Under the pieces are notes generated by a model. That model ran no database searches, was not told the DNA's origin, and was given only the letters and a program-made list of their open reading frames with translations. Below are positions 53,059 through 64,000 of a stretch of DNA of 64,000 bases, one piece after another (positions within the stretch are counted from its first letter, which is position 1; each line of letters starts with the position of its first letter). The stretch lies in assembly GCA_951406725.2 (NCBI GenBank), contig OX597815.1, positions 39,990,001 through 40,054,000 of the forward strand, read 5' to 3'. The translations under genes were made by a program, and so were the position numbers. Origin of the DNA: Octopus vulgaris. Lineage: Eukaryota.

Positions 53059-54016
53059 CCGTAAACCCTCGAGTATAATCCGCATTTTTTCCCAAAATTT
53101 AACGGTCAAAATCCCTAGTGCGTACTATATACGAGGTTAAAAAGGGAAAAATATTTTCTAAGTAATGTCCGAGTCTCTATTTGCTGTCCGGTAATGTTTA
53201 TTCAGACGCATTTTGTGATGTAGGGTACGAAAATGCCTTAAGCTAAGCCTGAAAGCAACGTAGTCATAAAAGAATCATCCATAACTTGCAGTACGCAACA
53301 TTTATTAAAATAAAAGTATTCAGAACACAGAATAACATGTAACAAAAACAATTTGCAAACATATTTACATTTCCATATAACAGTTAAGAACATCATCATT
53401 ATTGTATTACGCATACGCGGAGGTGTTTGTTCGACTAGGTGCTGCTGGCTTAATTACGCACGAATGGTGCATAATAGATTAGCGCTAAATAGTTCATCCT
53501 GCTGTTTGTATTGGTACTCAAGATGGCATTGTATGGAAAGATGAAATAAATGAAAGTGAATCTTCTGATGTTGACTATGAATCTGATGATGGAGATTTAC
53601 ACTACAATGATGCTGACATGTTTACGGAGGAACAAACGAAACAGTTATTTGATGCTGAAAGTGACGTTGAATTTGAAGGATTTGAATAAATGTTTTTGCT
53701 TTTGTAACTGATAGTGATAAATATGTAAAAGCAAGTTAATATTTATTTTTCACTGACGTTATTACTGTTATTTCTTTATATTCTGCAAACAAAATGCACA
53801 AAAAAGCTATGCGTTTGTATTATGTTATATATACAATAATAATAAAGGACGTTACCTTATACATTTTTACAAACCAAGGGCGTTATATAGACCTCCTTGA
53901 CGCAAGTTAGAGAAGGGGTGCGTATTATACACAAGGTTTAGGTTTTCAGAGGTACAGCCCCCTAAAAATCCCCTGCGTATTATACTCAAGGGCGGACTAT
54001 ACTCGAGGATTCACGG
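53059..54016 (+). mobile_element. Tc2/pogo-like non-autonomous DNA transposon retaining the transposase C-terminus
   Basis: TA TSD and TIR CCGTAAACCCTCGAGTATAATCCGC / GCGGACTATACTCGAGGATTCACGG. 53510-53689 encodes IGTQDGIVWKD...LFDAESDVEFEGFE*. Confidence 0.9.
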
Positions 54017-54749
54017 TATATTTATTTCTATTTCTATCTCGCCTAATTATTTCGTTTCTCCGAGTATTTCTGTTGTTCTTGCTATACTATCACACTAAAG
54101 TTACTTTTTATTAGTGTCTTACAATAATAGGGAACGGTAGGGTGGAAAATGTTTCTGTCACAGATAGAGTGGAAACTATTCTACCTTATGCTGTCTTCAA
54201 GGCTCTCACCTGTAGATATGGGATAGTTGGAGTTCTCGTGTATGCATGTAGCTTCTTCGCTTGGCTTTCGACTACTACTATTGTTGTAGTGATTGTTTAC
54301 GACTTGCGATAATGTTAGCGTTACGAAGAAAATAAATGAAACTTACTTTTGTATGTTGACTGTTAAATAACTTCAGGTTAAGAAGCATTTTCATATTAAA
54401 TTCAGAAATTAAAGAACTACGCTAGACTTCAGCGTGTATCGAGCAATCATACATCCAGTTTTTATGCAAACAGAAATATTATCTGGTACTAAGACGGTAA
54501 TATTTTCTATAAATAACAGACAAGTTAACTACTGAGTTTGTAAAGTTACTAAATTGTGAATCATTTATCGTAACAAAAACTAAATTCAGAAGTCACCGTT
54601 TACTGGGCTGTTGTATAAAGGATTAGAATACACTAAACCATGCAGAGATGTAAGTAAAGAATCCTTCAGCAGTCGTTACATGAAAGACGACAAATTTGCC
54701 TTTAAATATTAGCGATAATTACACCACAGTCAGAAGCCGATGACCAACA

Positions 54750-54820
54750 GGTTTTAGGACCTGAAGATACGCCATAAAGGTACCATTTATGGCAAGAAAC
54801 CCAAGGTAAACCTACAAACC
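54750..54820 (+). ncRNA. Hammerhead motif at the 3' end of a decayed PLE (~54300-54835)
   Basis: ggttttagg-ac-CTGAAGA-tac-gccataaa ggtacca tttatggc-aa-GAAA-cccaag-GTA-aa-cctacaaacc. The upstream LDFSVYR resembles the PLE thumb. Confidence 0.6.
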
Positions 54821-54843
54821 GGTCTTCACCAGTAATATATATA

Positions 54844-55041
54844 CAGGGTGCTGCAGAAGTTTTGCATTTAGCAACTTTTATAGTATATAAATGTTTATTA
54901 AGTAATAAAGCTGAACTGCTCTCACTCTTTGTTCCTTCGTTAATCGCATGGTCATATTTATCTAAAATTTCTGAAATAAAAAAAGGAACTCAGAAACTAG
55001 AAAACTCAAATACAAAAGGGCGTTAGTTCTGCCGCACCCTG
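54844..55041. mobile_element. Tc1/mariner-type MITE
   Basis: TA TSD and TIR CAGGGTGCTGCAGAA / TTCTGCCGCACCCTG. Confidence 0.8.
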
Positions 55042-55050
55042 TATAATTAT

Positions 55051-55086
<36 letters not shown>

Positions 55087-55109
<23 letters not shown>

Positions 55110-56791
55110 ATAAAACGGTAAGATAACAAAAGAAAGAAAGAGACCTCAATATTATGTAAATAGAGGAAATTTATCTATACAATATGTTACATTACTCGGT
55201 AGTCAAGATAAAACTCTGAGTTTCAGATGCCGAAGTGGAAATCCACAACACCATCTCTTCGGTTATCTGGCTATTTGAAAACGTTATGAAAAAATACCGT
55301 TAAAAATGAAGGGAAATTACTCTGTTATAACTCTGCTTTGCCTGCGTACTTATACATCGCTCGCATTTTTCGTCATAAAAATTATATAAAAATACATAAA
55401 AATATATAAAAATATATAAAAATATATAAAATCTTCTTGGTACATAACACAGCTATCCGTTTTCTTTAGGGGACCAAAAACGTAACAGAAATTTAGACAC
55501 TTCGGACTTAGTATAACTATAGACACTAACCTAACGGTTGTCAATTTCTTAGACGTTTCCTTAGATCTTAATAATAATATTTATAAGCCTTATAGGAAGC
55601 CCAATGATAGACTAAGTTATATTAATGTAGGTTCATGCCATCCCCCTATAGTATTCAAAAATTTAGTTAAAAATATTAGTAAGAGGATTTCTAGCCTCTC
55701 ATCTAATGAGGACATCTTCAATAGCGTTGCCCCAGTTTATAATAAAGCTTTAAAAGATAGTGGTTTTAGCGAAAAAAATAAAATATACACCTATCACCAG
55801 CCCAACAATAAGGAAAAGGAATAATAGAAATAGGAAGGTCATCTGGTTTACGCCCCCTTACTCACCCGAGGTGGCCTTCAATATAGGTAAATATTTCCTA
55901 GCACTGATAGATAGACATTTTCCAGTTAACCATGCTTATAGGAAACTCTTCAATAGACACAATTTAAAAATTAGTTTTAGTTCAACTACCAATTTTAAAA
56001 ACATAATCAATCATAACATACAAAAAACACAAGAAGAAAACAGCTGTTCATGCAGGAATAAAGAATTGTGCCCGCTAAATGGAGCTTGCATGTCCAAGAC
56101 CATCATATATGAAGCTACCGTAAACTCTATAACCACTAAAGACACCGTTTCGACGAAGAAATACGTGGGCCTGACAGAGGGTAATTTCAAGGCCAGGTTC
56201 AATAACCACACTTTGAGCTTTAGGCACTGGAACAAAAGAAAAGCGACACAATTATCCAATCATATTTGGTCTTTAAGAGATAAAGGTGTCGATTATAACA
56301 TACAATGGAAGATTTTGGCCAGATGTAAGCCCTATACTAACGGCAGCGGAAGGTGCGGTTTATGCGACATGGAGAGATGGCTTATCTGGAAAAGCAGCTT
56401 AGACCCTACCACATGTCTAAATACAAGGACAGAGCTTTTCGGATCATGCCCACATGTGACTAAATTTCTGTTACGTTTTTGGTCCCCTAAAGAAAACGGA
56501 TAGAACATGCTTTCTGTGTTATGTACCAAGAAGATTTTATATATTTTTATATATTTTTATATATTTTTATGTATTTTTATATAATTTTTATGACGAAAAA
56601 TGCGAGCGATGTATAAGTACGCAGGCAAAGCAGAGTTATAACAGAGTAATTTCCCTTCATTTTTAACGGTATTTTTTCATAACGTTTTCAAATAGCCAGA
56701 TAACCGAAGAGATGGTGTTGTGGATTTCCACTTCGGCATCTGAAACTCAGAGTTTTATCTTGACTACCGAGTAATGTAACATATTGTATAG
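55087..56791 (+). mobile_element. Young 5'-truncated Penelope-like element (Naiad-type endonuclease) with inverted pseudo-LTRs, inserted in (TA)n
   Basis: RT end VNFLDVSLDL..YKPYRKPN..SCHPP, with one frameshift near 55770. GIY-YIG domain with CSCRNKELC, IIYEA..YVGLT..FKARFNNH, CGLCDME and RTELFGSCPH. About 325-bp near-identical inverted arms (55175-55500 / 56457-56791). Confidence 0.95.
56698..56760 (+). ncRNA. Hammerhead variant in the Naiad-type pseudo-LTR (mirror copy at 55208-55270, minus strand)
   Basis: agataa-CCGAAGA-gatg..catc-t-GAAA-ctcaga-GTT-ttatct. Stem I is a perfect 6-bp helix, and the core has a U4C change. Confidence 0.65.
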
Positions 56792-56859
56792 ATATATATA
56801 TATATATATATAAATACATATATATATACATACATATATATATATATCTATATACATAC

Positions 56860-56897
<38 letters not shown>

Positions 56898-56929
56898 ATA
56901 CATACATACATACATACATACATACAGTG

Positions 56930-57266
56930 ATGGCGCATGGCTCAGTGGTTAGAGCGTCGAGCTTACGATCGTGAGGTTGTGAGTTCGAATCCCGGACCGG
57001 GCTGCGTGTTGTGTTCTTGAGCAAGACACTTTATTTCACGTTGCTCCAGTTTATTTCACTCAGCTGCAGAAATGAGTTGCGACGTCACATGTGCTAATTT
57101 GTATCGGCTTTTGCCTTTCCCTTAGATAACACTGGTGGCGTGGAGAGGGGATTCCCGTATGCATGGCGACTGCTGGTCATCTATAAACAACTTTGCCCGG
57201 ACTTGTGCTTGGGAGGGTAACTTTCTTGGTGCAATCCCATGGTCAGTCATGACCGAAGGGGGGTTT
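56930..57266 (+). mobile_element. Full-length tRNA-derived SINE
   Basis: A-box TGGCTCAGTGG, B-box GTTCGAATCC, and body ttcttgagcaagacact..gttgctccag. Confidence 0.9.
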
Positions 57267-57307
57267 CAGCATATATATACACTTGTTTAGGAAATATTCT
57301 TATTTAC

Positions 57308-57565
57308 TGTTGTGACGAGAGTCCCGACACCCGTACGAGAATAGACTTGACCGAAACAGTAGCGGTCTGAGCGAGATCAGAGAGCGAGTAGGCGTTAAAC
57401 GCATGAAGTCGTAAGGTGTTTTGGTAGTTTGTCGGAATATAGTGAAGAGCTTGTTGGATAGTTACGTTGTTGTTACCCTGGTTCGTTATATATTTTCTTG
57501 TTACTACTATAGTGTAGACAAGTATCGTCATAAATAGTGGCAAAACTACAATAATTGGCGACGAG
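57308..57565 (+). mobile_element. Gypsy-like 5' LTR plus primer-binding site
   Basis: TGT...ACA (243 bp) followed after 5 nt by TGGCGACGAG, which is complementary to the 3' end of tRNA-Ser(GCT). Confidence 0.6.
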
Positions 57566-58499
57566 TAACTACGTTACAGTATTTACTGTAAAATATACTT
57601 ATTTTAAGAGTATATTATTTACTGAATAATATTTTTATTTAGTAAAGAACCAAAGAAATTTTACATGTGGGGTAGATACTAATATCAGCTGTTTCTACTT
57701 CAGCATAATGCAACAAAAATTACTGAAATATTCTAGAAACAGTTAATAAAACTTCTGAAACTTTGAAACACGATAAAAACTTTAAAAAAAGGATAATTTA
57801 AATATTTTTTCAGTAAAAAATGCAATTAGCTGTATCAATATATAGCATGCATAAGAAACGCTAGATAGATAGAATACTAAATAGCTTCTCATATTTTTGC
57901 TATTGTAAAGCAATCACAAATGTGGAAGTGAGCAATCCTTTGAATAAGAATATAATCTCGCATTCACAACGTTAACTGAAGTTTAAAACGTGAATGTACT
58001 TCGAATATTACTTTCTTAAATGGAGGTTAGTTAGATCTTACTGTAGCTAACCTCACGTGAGAATTAAATGCAACTCGACTCTGAGTTCACATACCACTAA
58101 AATCTCTTTTGTCATTCATGCTGCTGAGTGGACTCAAAAGTAACAGTAATATTCTGAAGTCATTTTATTTTTACATGAATTGTTATAAACATACATAAAA
58201 TATCATCAATTTCTTACATGATGACTTTCTGAAATAGAAATAGTCTACTTTTCTGTCATCTTTAAATGTAACTCAGATGGTTTACACAGTATAACGTCAT
58301 ATTAGATACTTAACAATGTTTAGTTTCGTCCCTTGAATTCTTCATAGCCTCTATTCGTTAATCACATGATAATATTGATCTAATGAGTGGTCACAAGCAC
58401 TCAATAATTTATTACATGAAAGTGAAAGAAACGGAGTTAGTAACAGAAATCTAATCAAGTGAATTCAAGTTAAATTAATCTATTTAACTTGAATTTACT

Positions 58500-58915
58500 C
58501 TTACTTCATTTACTACTGTCATGAGGATTTAGTATTGGTTTCTTATACACAAGCAAGTTCAGATATATTAGAAGAGAGACGAAATAGTGCTTGACTCATT
58601 ATAGGTTTCATGTGGTTGTTGATAAAATGAAATTGTTCACGCCTAGATTGAATCCGGGATGCGGAATCAGTCTCCCAAAATTTACCTTCATCATAACTGC
58701 TACAAATAATATGTAAATCAACATTGCATGATGATAGTGTGTGTGATGCTCTATTCTTGTATATACACAACTACAACCCATGAGCAGTATTGGACACCAC
58801 TGAAGACTAAGTTTGCATACCATGTATCTAATGTTGATTGATTTGCTAAACGAAACATACGGAGATTTCATATTGCTGCTGCAATTACCGCTGGTTATTG
58901 TCATTTGCACCTGTA
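58500..58915 (-). pseudogene. Possible hAT transposase relic
   Basis: SINIRYM, GCSC and VAVMMK..GRLIPH..FNLGV fall in the order expected for the hAT catalytic region. Weak similarity. Confidence 0.35.
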
Positions 58916-60139
58916 CTTCTCTGTCTAATGCTCATTGTAATTAACAAAAGCCGAATATATTAGAAATAGGGGGGAAAATCGAAAAGTCCACGCCTTTCTC
59001 AAGAGCATAATCGAAAATAAAATATTTTTATATCAAGTAAAAATCTGTAAAAACCTCTACTGAATAATTTTAGTAAGAACAAACACAAATCTTTTTGTAC
59101 TTTTCATTTTAAAGGGTTATTTTAACCTCCAGATTACGTATTACATATTCTATTTAAGAATCATTTAACTTTATACAGGAAAAATGTTCGAGAATCACTT
59201 GATAGTTAAAGAATTCTTCATATAAAATAGCCCTTTTATGTCTATACTTCAATAAATTTCTATTACTAAAAAATCCACTTAAAACATTTATTTCCACGAG
59301 TGCCTATTTGACAATAATTTCATTGTCTCTTAAATGACACTTTATCATTGTATTGAATTCCAATAAAAACGTTCGCTATTCTGAATTAAAAGTAGTTATT
59401 TCTTTATCCAGTGTTAAATTAAAGCGAGACAAGTCCGTTACAAGACTGATTTTTTTGTTGTAACACTGCCAGTTTATTTACATCGCTCTTACCTCAATGA
59501 AATGCGTGAGCACCATAGCAAAGTGTTTCTCTCTTGGAGTCAGCTTGAACGCTCTGCATTGATAGATTACTTTGATTGCAAATAGCTAATCAACAGATTT
59601 CATTCATGTCACAGATACATGGAATGAATTTTTCTTTTGTAGTGTTATCTTTTACATTGCTAATGTCTCAGAAAGAAAGAAATGCCGAAATAAGCTCATT
59701 TAAAAGATTGGATAATGTGATTAGTGCATATCCAGCATTATCCCTGTACATAATAGTAAATAGAGATGAAAGGCAAACAGATCAATGTTTATGTGGAGGG
59801 TATAGAGGTTACGAGAGGAACACAGAAGAAAAGCACAAGAGAAAGACACAGCTCAATGATAGATCCGGCTGTTTGGCGTGTTTGTGGCTTTTCTATCTCT
59901 GTATGCAATAGCAGAAGTGGCGACAGCAGCAAAAATAGCCGCAGCAGTGGCAGTAGTAGTAGTAATAGTTGTTGTTGTTATTATTGTTCTTGTCCTTATC
60001 CTTGTGTCTTCAAAAAGTTAATATTTTTCTTCTTTTTTTTTTGTAGTTCTTTTGGGTTTTGCTCAATACCTAGATCTTAATATAAAACCACATGAACAAA
60101 ATCCGGGATACAACTAATTTCAAATATGTTCTTTTACGA

Positions 60140-60182
<43 letters not shown>

Positions 60183-60878
60183 CATACACATTCATACACT
60201 TATACTTATACATACTTCTATATGTGTTGTGTGTTAGTGTGTATGAGTAAACTTTTTGTTTATTTTGTAGTACAGTATGTGTGTTTGTTATTGTGTCGTC
60301 GCTTTATTCTTCATTAGTTTGCTTTTAATGTATTTATTCCTGTAGCCTATAACACAGTTTAGATTGTGCTCAGTGGAATAGATCTACCCTTTAAAAGACC
60401 TTTCTTCTAAAATATATGAACACATACCGTTAATGCCGCAGAATAACAAACTCTACACAAAATCAGCTCTTTTATTTTCCGCTTTCCCATCGCGATTCCT
60501 TTCACTTGTCAGGTTTTATATCACTTGTGAAATCTGTAATAAATTCCATTGATTTTTCCTTTCAAAGTTCATCGGTAGCAGTTTACTTCTATTTTATATT
60601 CGGATCACGTGGATAATAATAGTGTAATATTTTTTCTTAAACAATAATTTTAATTGATTGAATGCTGCTTCTTTCCAAATCAAATACTGAAAAGTTAATT
60701 GTTTTGTATTCATGCGATCTTTCTCGATGGTTCCGCTCGTGTGTGATGTTTATTTTTGTGTGTGTTATAGGATTAAGTATCTCTTATTTATGAATGTAAT
60801 CTCCAAATTGCACACAAGCATACGTATGCAAAGGTTGTGTGTGTAAGAGAGAGAGAGGGAGGAAGAGGGAGAGAGAGA

Positions 60879-60915
<37 letters not shown>

Positions 60916-61244
60916 CGTATCGAGTATTCAACAAGTATGGCTGCATTGAATACTACATTAACTTTTAAATGTTACTTTAATATGAGGAATATATAAAGCT
61001 GTATTTCAACAGCAATATGTGCTCGTGTGTATGTATATGAAGAGTGTGCATTTACATCAATGTGCGCGCGCGCGTATCGGTGTGTGAATTAAAACACATT
61101 ACTTGAAGTTTAATGTTATCTAACAATTTAATGGAAAAACTGCTATATTTGTTTTATGCTTTACATAGAAGACTTTTACATAACACATAACCTGAGGCCG
61201 ATGTCTGGAGTGAAAATCTAGCCTTTTATTCAATACTTTGAAGA

Positions 61245-61432
61245 TGCATATTGGTTTCAAATTTTGGCACAAGGCCGACAATTTTGGGGTACACTGGTAC
61301 TTAATTTATTGATCTCAAAATGATGCAAGGTAAAGTCGACCTTGGCGAGATTTGAACTCTGACCGTAAAGACGAACGAAATGCCGCCAAGCATTTGTTTG
61401 GCGTGCTAACGATTCTGCCAACTCGCTACCTT
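61245..61432 (-). mobile_element. Degenerate monomer of the Nin-domain-like SINE
   Basis: Reverse complement begins ggtagcgagttggcagaatcgttagcacgcc and includes gttcaaatctcgccaaggtcgacttt. Confidence 0.8.
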
Positions 61433-61749
61433 ATGTTTTGAGAAAGCATATATTACATATAATAAAGCGCAATGTGACCAGTCGGTCACGCTAGGGTTCA
61501 GCAAAGTAAAACAACAAACAACAGAGTAGCAGTGAGTAACAGTTAGAGGCGATAAAGCAGGCGGACAGCATTCAAAAGTTTTTACGTTAATATATATGAC
61601 GGATATTTGTCCTCATCTTGTTTGTTGTCAACACAACGTTTCGGCTGATATACCCTCCAGCATTCATCATGTGTCTTGGGGAAATTTAGAACCTGGGCTC
61701 TCATTCCTAATGTATATTTTCGATGTTTTTCTCATCATCATCATCATCA

Positions 61750-61804
<55 letters not shown>

Positions 61805-61811
61805 CATTATT

Positions 61812-62038
61812 GGCGGCGAGCTGGCAGAAACGTTAGCACACCGGGTGAAATGCGTAGCCGTATTTCGTCTGCCGTTACGTTCTGAGTTCAAATTCCGCCG
61901 AGGTCGACTTTGCCTTTCTTCCTTTCGGAGTCGATAAATTAAGTACCAGTTCACTGGGGTCGATGTAATCGACTTAATCCATTTGTCTGTCCTTGTTTGT
62001 CCTCTCTGTGTTTAGCCCCTTATGGGTAGTAAAGAAAT
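61812..62038 (+). mobile_element. Monomeric Nin-domain-like SINE inserted in (ATT)n
   Basis: ggcggcgagctggcagaaacgttagc...gggtagtaaagaaata. Confidence 0.92.
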
Positions 62039-62065
62039 AATAATAATAATTATTATTATTATTAT

Positions 62066-62614
62066 TGAGTGAGAGAGCAGCCATCAAAGTGACACTGGGG
62101 TAAAATATACGAAGCCCAATATACCCATCATGACTACCCGTCTGATAAAGGTACACCAGGCACATGCATTACAACCATATGTGCGCGACATGGTGATCTC
62201 ATATCAAGATAAACAGCACATGACCTTGCAGGTGGGGCCCAGTTAGAATTTTCTTCAGGTTGAGTAGCCCATCCCGCTCAAAAGGTCCCTGAATAAGGGT
62301 TGTTTAAGGATGTTGAAAGAACCACCCATGTTTCCAGAGGTGAATTATTCAAACCCCAAAGAATCCCTCTCAACACATGGCTATGATGCTCCCCCACTAC
62401 TTCTGCTTGTGATCAGAGATGCACATATTGTCAGCCACTAAGGGACATGCTCAACTGGTTAAAGTCAAACAACTGACAAGCAAATCTGTGGTATTGAGCA
62501 GAATATTTGCTGTAGCCCATCTTTTATACCAAGACAAAACAATGTACATGATAACACTTCCAATCAGTTAAGATCAGAAGCCATGAGAGCCTCTGCCTGG
62601 TACTGCATCAGGGC

Positions 62615-62617
<3 letters not shown>
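62066..62617. repeat. Unclassified ~550-bp insertion bounded by (ATT)n on both sides
   Basis: Higher-GC block that is absent from the mirror arm of the surrounding inverted element. No coding similarity was recognised. Confidence 0.5.
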
Positions 62618-62687
<70 letters not shown>

Positions 62688-62691
<4 letters not shown>

Positions 62692-62760
62692 TCACTGCCT
62701 GGAATCGAACTCGGAATCTTGGGGTTAGTAGCCCGTGCTCTTAACCACTACTCTATATGC
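62688..62760 (-). promoter_or_regulatory. tRNA-derived head (Pol III A and B boxes)
   Basis: Minus strand reads gcatatagagTAGTGGTTAAGagcacggg-CTACTAA-ccccaagattccgaGTTCGATTCCaggcagtgacctg. Confidence 0.8.
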
Positions 62761-62765
62761 AGTGA

Positions 62766-62810
<45 letters not shown>

Positions 62811-62864
62811 CAACAACAACAACAACATCGAAAAATGAGAACCCAGGTTCTAAATTTCCTCAAG

Positions 62865-62908
62865 ACACCTGATGAAGGCTGGAGGGTATATCAGCCAAAA
62901 CGTTGTGT
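62865..62908 (+). ncRNA. Minimal hammerhead motif (mirror copy at 61631-61674, minus strand)
   Basis: acac-CTGATGA-a-ggctg..cagcc-AAAA-c-GTT-gtgt. The mirror copy has GAAA intact but ATGATGA, so the consensus of the two is a complete core. Confidence 0.7.
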
Positions 62909-63216
62909 TAACAACAAACAAGATGAGGACAAATATCCGTCAATTGTAAATGATGTAAATAATGTACATAATTCCTCATCTCTTAAATATAGAACTGTTC
63001 AAAACTTTTCCTCTAAAGACGCTGGTTGTTTAACCAAAATAAAACTGCAAATTTTTATCATTAATAGTATTTAGTTTATCAGATTCATACTCAAATACAC
63101 GCGCGCGCGAACACACAGAGACATATAAGAATATATATATGAAATTAAATATTAAACACTTTTGTTCTCAAAATATTATCGTTCACATTACATAGCCTAT
63201 ATATGTTATGTAAACG

Positions 63217-63278
<62 letters not shown>

Positions 63279-63295
63279 AATATATATATATAAAG

Positions 63296-63508
63296 TTAAT
63301 CCAAACATGAAAACACAAAGAGAAAATACAACAACGTGTGGACGTGGAACAAGTATAGTGTTATTGGACGCTCAGGAAATGAAAGAAATAAGGAGGATTT
63401 AACGTTTCGAGCGGAGCTCTTCGTCAGAAAAATAAGAAAAGGAAAGATCCAAGGAAGGGAAAACGGAGGGAAAAAATCGCCAACGATACACACGAGGTCA
63501 CATATTGA

Positions 63509-63510
<2 letters not shown>
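63296..63510 (-). mobile_element. Solo PLE pseudo-LTR between (TA)n tracts with HHR motif at 63398-63431
   Basis: ttt-CTGACGA-a-gagc tcc gctc-GAAA-c-GTT-aaa. A diverged relative of the 15444 family. Confidence 0.75.
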
Positions 63511-63570
<60 letters not shown>

Positions 63571-63665
63571 GGGGTGGGAAGGGTAAAGTGTAACTATTTT
63601 ATATTCTTTATACTGCAAGCGCATTGTTTGTTTTTTTATTTTGTTGACTACACAGTAGAGTAGGT

Positions 63666-64000
63666 CAGTTGGGTACCGTCTGTGACAAAAACAGCTCCAT
63701 CACGCAATTCACTCTGCCAGAAATTTGGAAACGACATGCTGTACTGCTTGGCATTCGCGCCGGAAGCTCCAATATCAACACTTCAGAGTGTTTGGGTGCC
63801 AATCTGAGGACAGTGCATGTACCGAGAGTGAAAAAAATCAAACATCCGGTCAACATCATGGTGTTTGGAATGATCACTAGTGATGACGATGTTATACCGC
63901 CATTCATTTTCTCATACGGTCTCAGACTCAACACGGAGGTCTACATTTGGTGCCTGAAGGAAGTTGTGCTGCCCTGGGTCAAGAGAGTGACTGCTGGAAG
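63666..64000 (+). mobile_element. DD37D (maT)-like Tc1/mariner transposase fragment, internally deleted, running off the window end
   Basis: KHPVNIMVFGMITSDDDVIPPFIFSYGLRLNTEVYIWCLKEVVLPWVKR. Confidence 0.75.

Larger units (their letters stand above)
61597..62997. mobile_element. tRNA-headed, hammerhead-bearing non-autonomous element in inverted (PLE-style) arrangement, with two later insertions in its (AAT)n linker
   Basis: Inverted arms 61597-61735 / 62826-62942 each carry an HHR. A tRNA-like head lies at 62760-62688 (minus), and GCAGTGACCTG(AAT)n is present on both arms. Confidence 0.8.

Noticed and set aside
55760-56503. Intact host nuclease gene (longest ORF, 247 aa)
   Set aside because: It is the frameshifted C-terminal part of a 5'-truncated Penelope-like ORF. 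It has no in-frame UGA, so there is no selenoprotein evidence in this copy.
56930-57000. tRNA gene
   Set aside because: It has A and B boxes but no proper acceptor stem, and it continues into a SINE body. The same applies to 62688-62760 and 26372.

Overview
AT-rich, gene-poor animal genomic DNA saturated with microsatellites and transposable elements. The repeat repertoire resembles a coleoid cephalopod such as Octopus (inference only). No intact host protein-coding gene is supported, and most ORFs in the track are microsatellite artefacts. The recognisable content is: (1) several Penelope-like element (PLE) families, including a young Naiad-type copy with inverted pseudo-LTRs, many inserted into (TA)n; (2) at least ten type I hammerhead ribozyme (HHR) motifs, intact or degenerate, in the PLE pseudo-LTRs and in small non-coding palindromic or partial-tandem elements; (3) tRNA-derived SINE families, one forming head-to-tail multimers and one sharing its 3' tail with a CR1 LINE in the window; (4) RTE, CR1, R4/Dong, CRE and Tx1-like LINE relics; (5) two mariner elements, a Tc2/pogo derivative, a DD37D fragment, three Merlin-type MITEs with telomere-like repeats, and hAT relics; (6) Helitron helicase relics and two non-autonomous Helitrons; (7) Gypsy-like LTR fragments. 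The best candidate for an undescribed system is a tRNA-headed, (AAT)n-linked, hammerhead-bearing non-autonomous element in PLE-style inverted arrangement (61597-62997). It sits among several other short HHR-bearing retrozyme-like elements.
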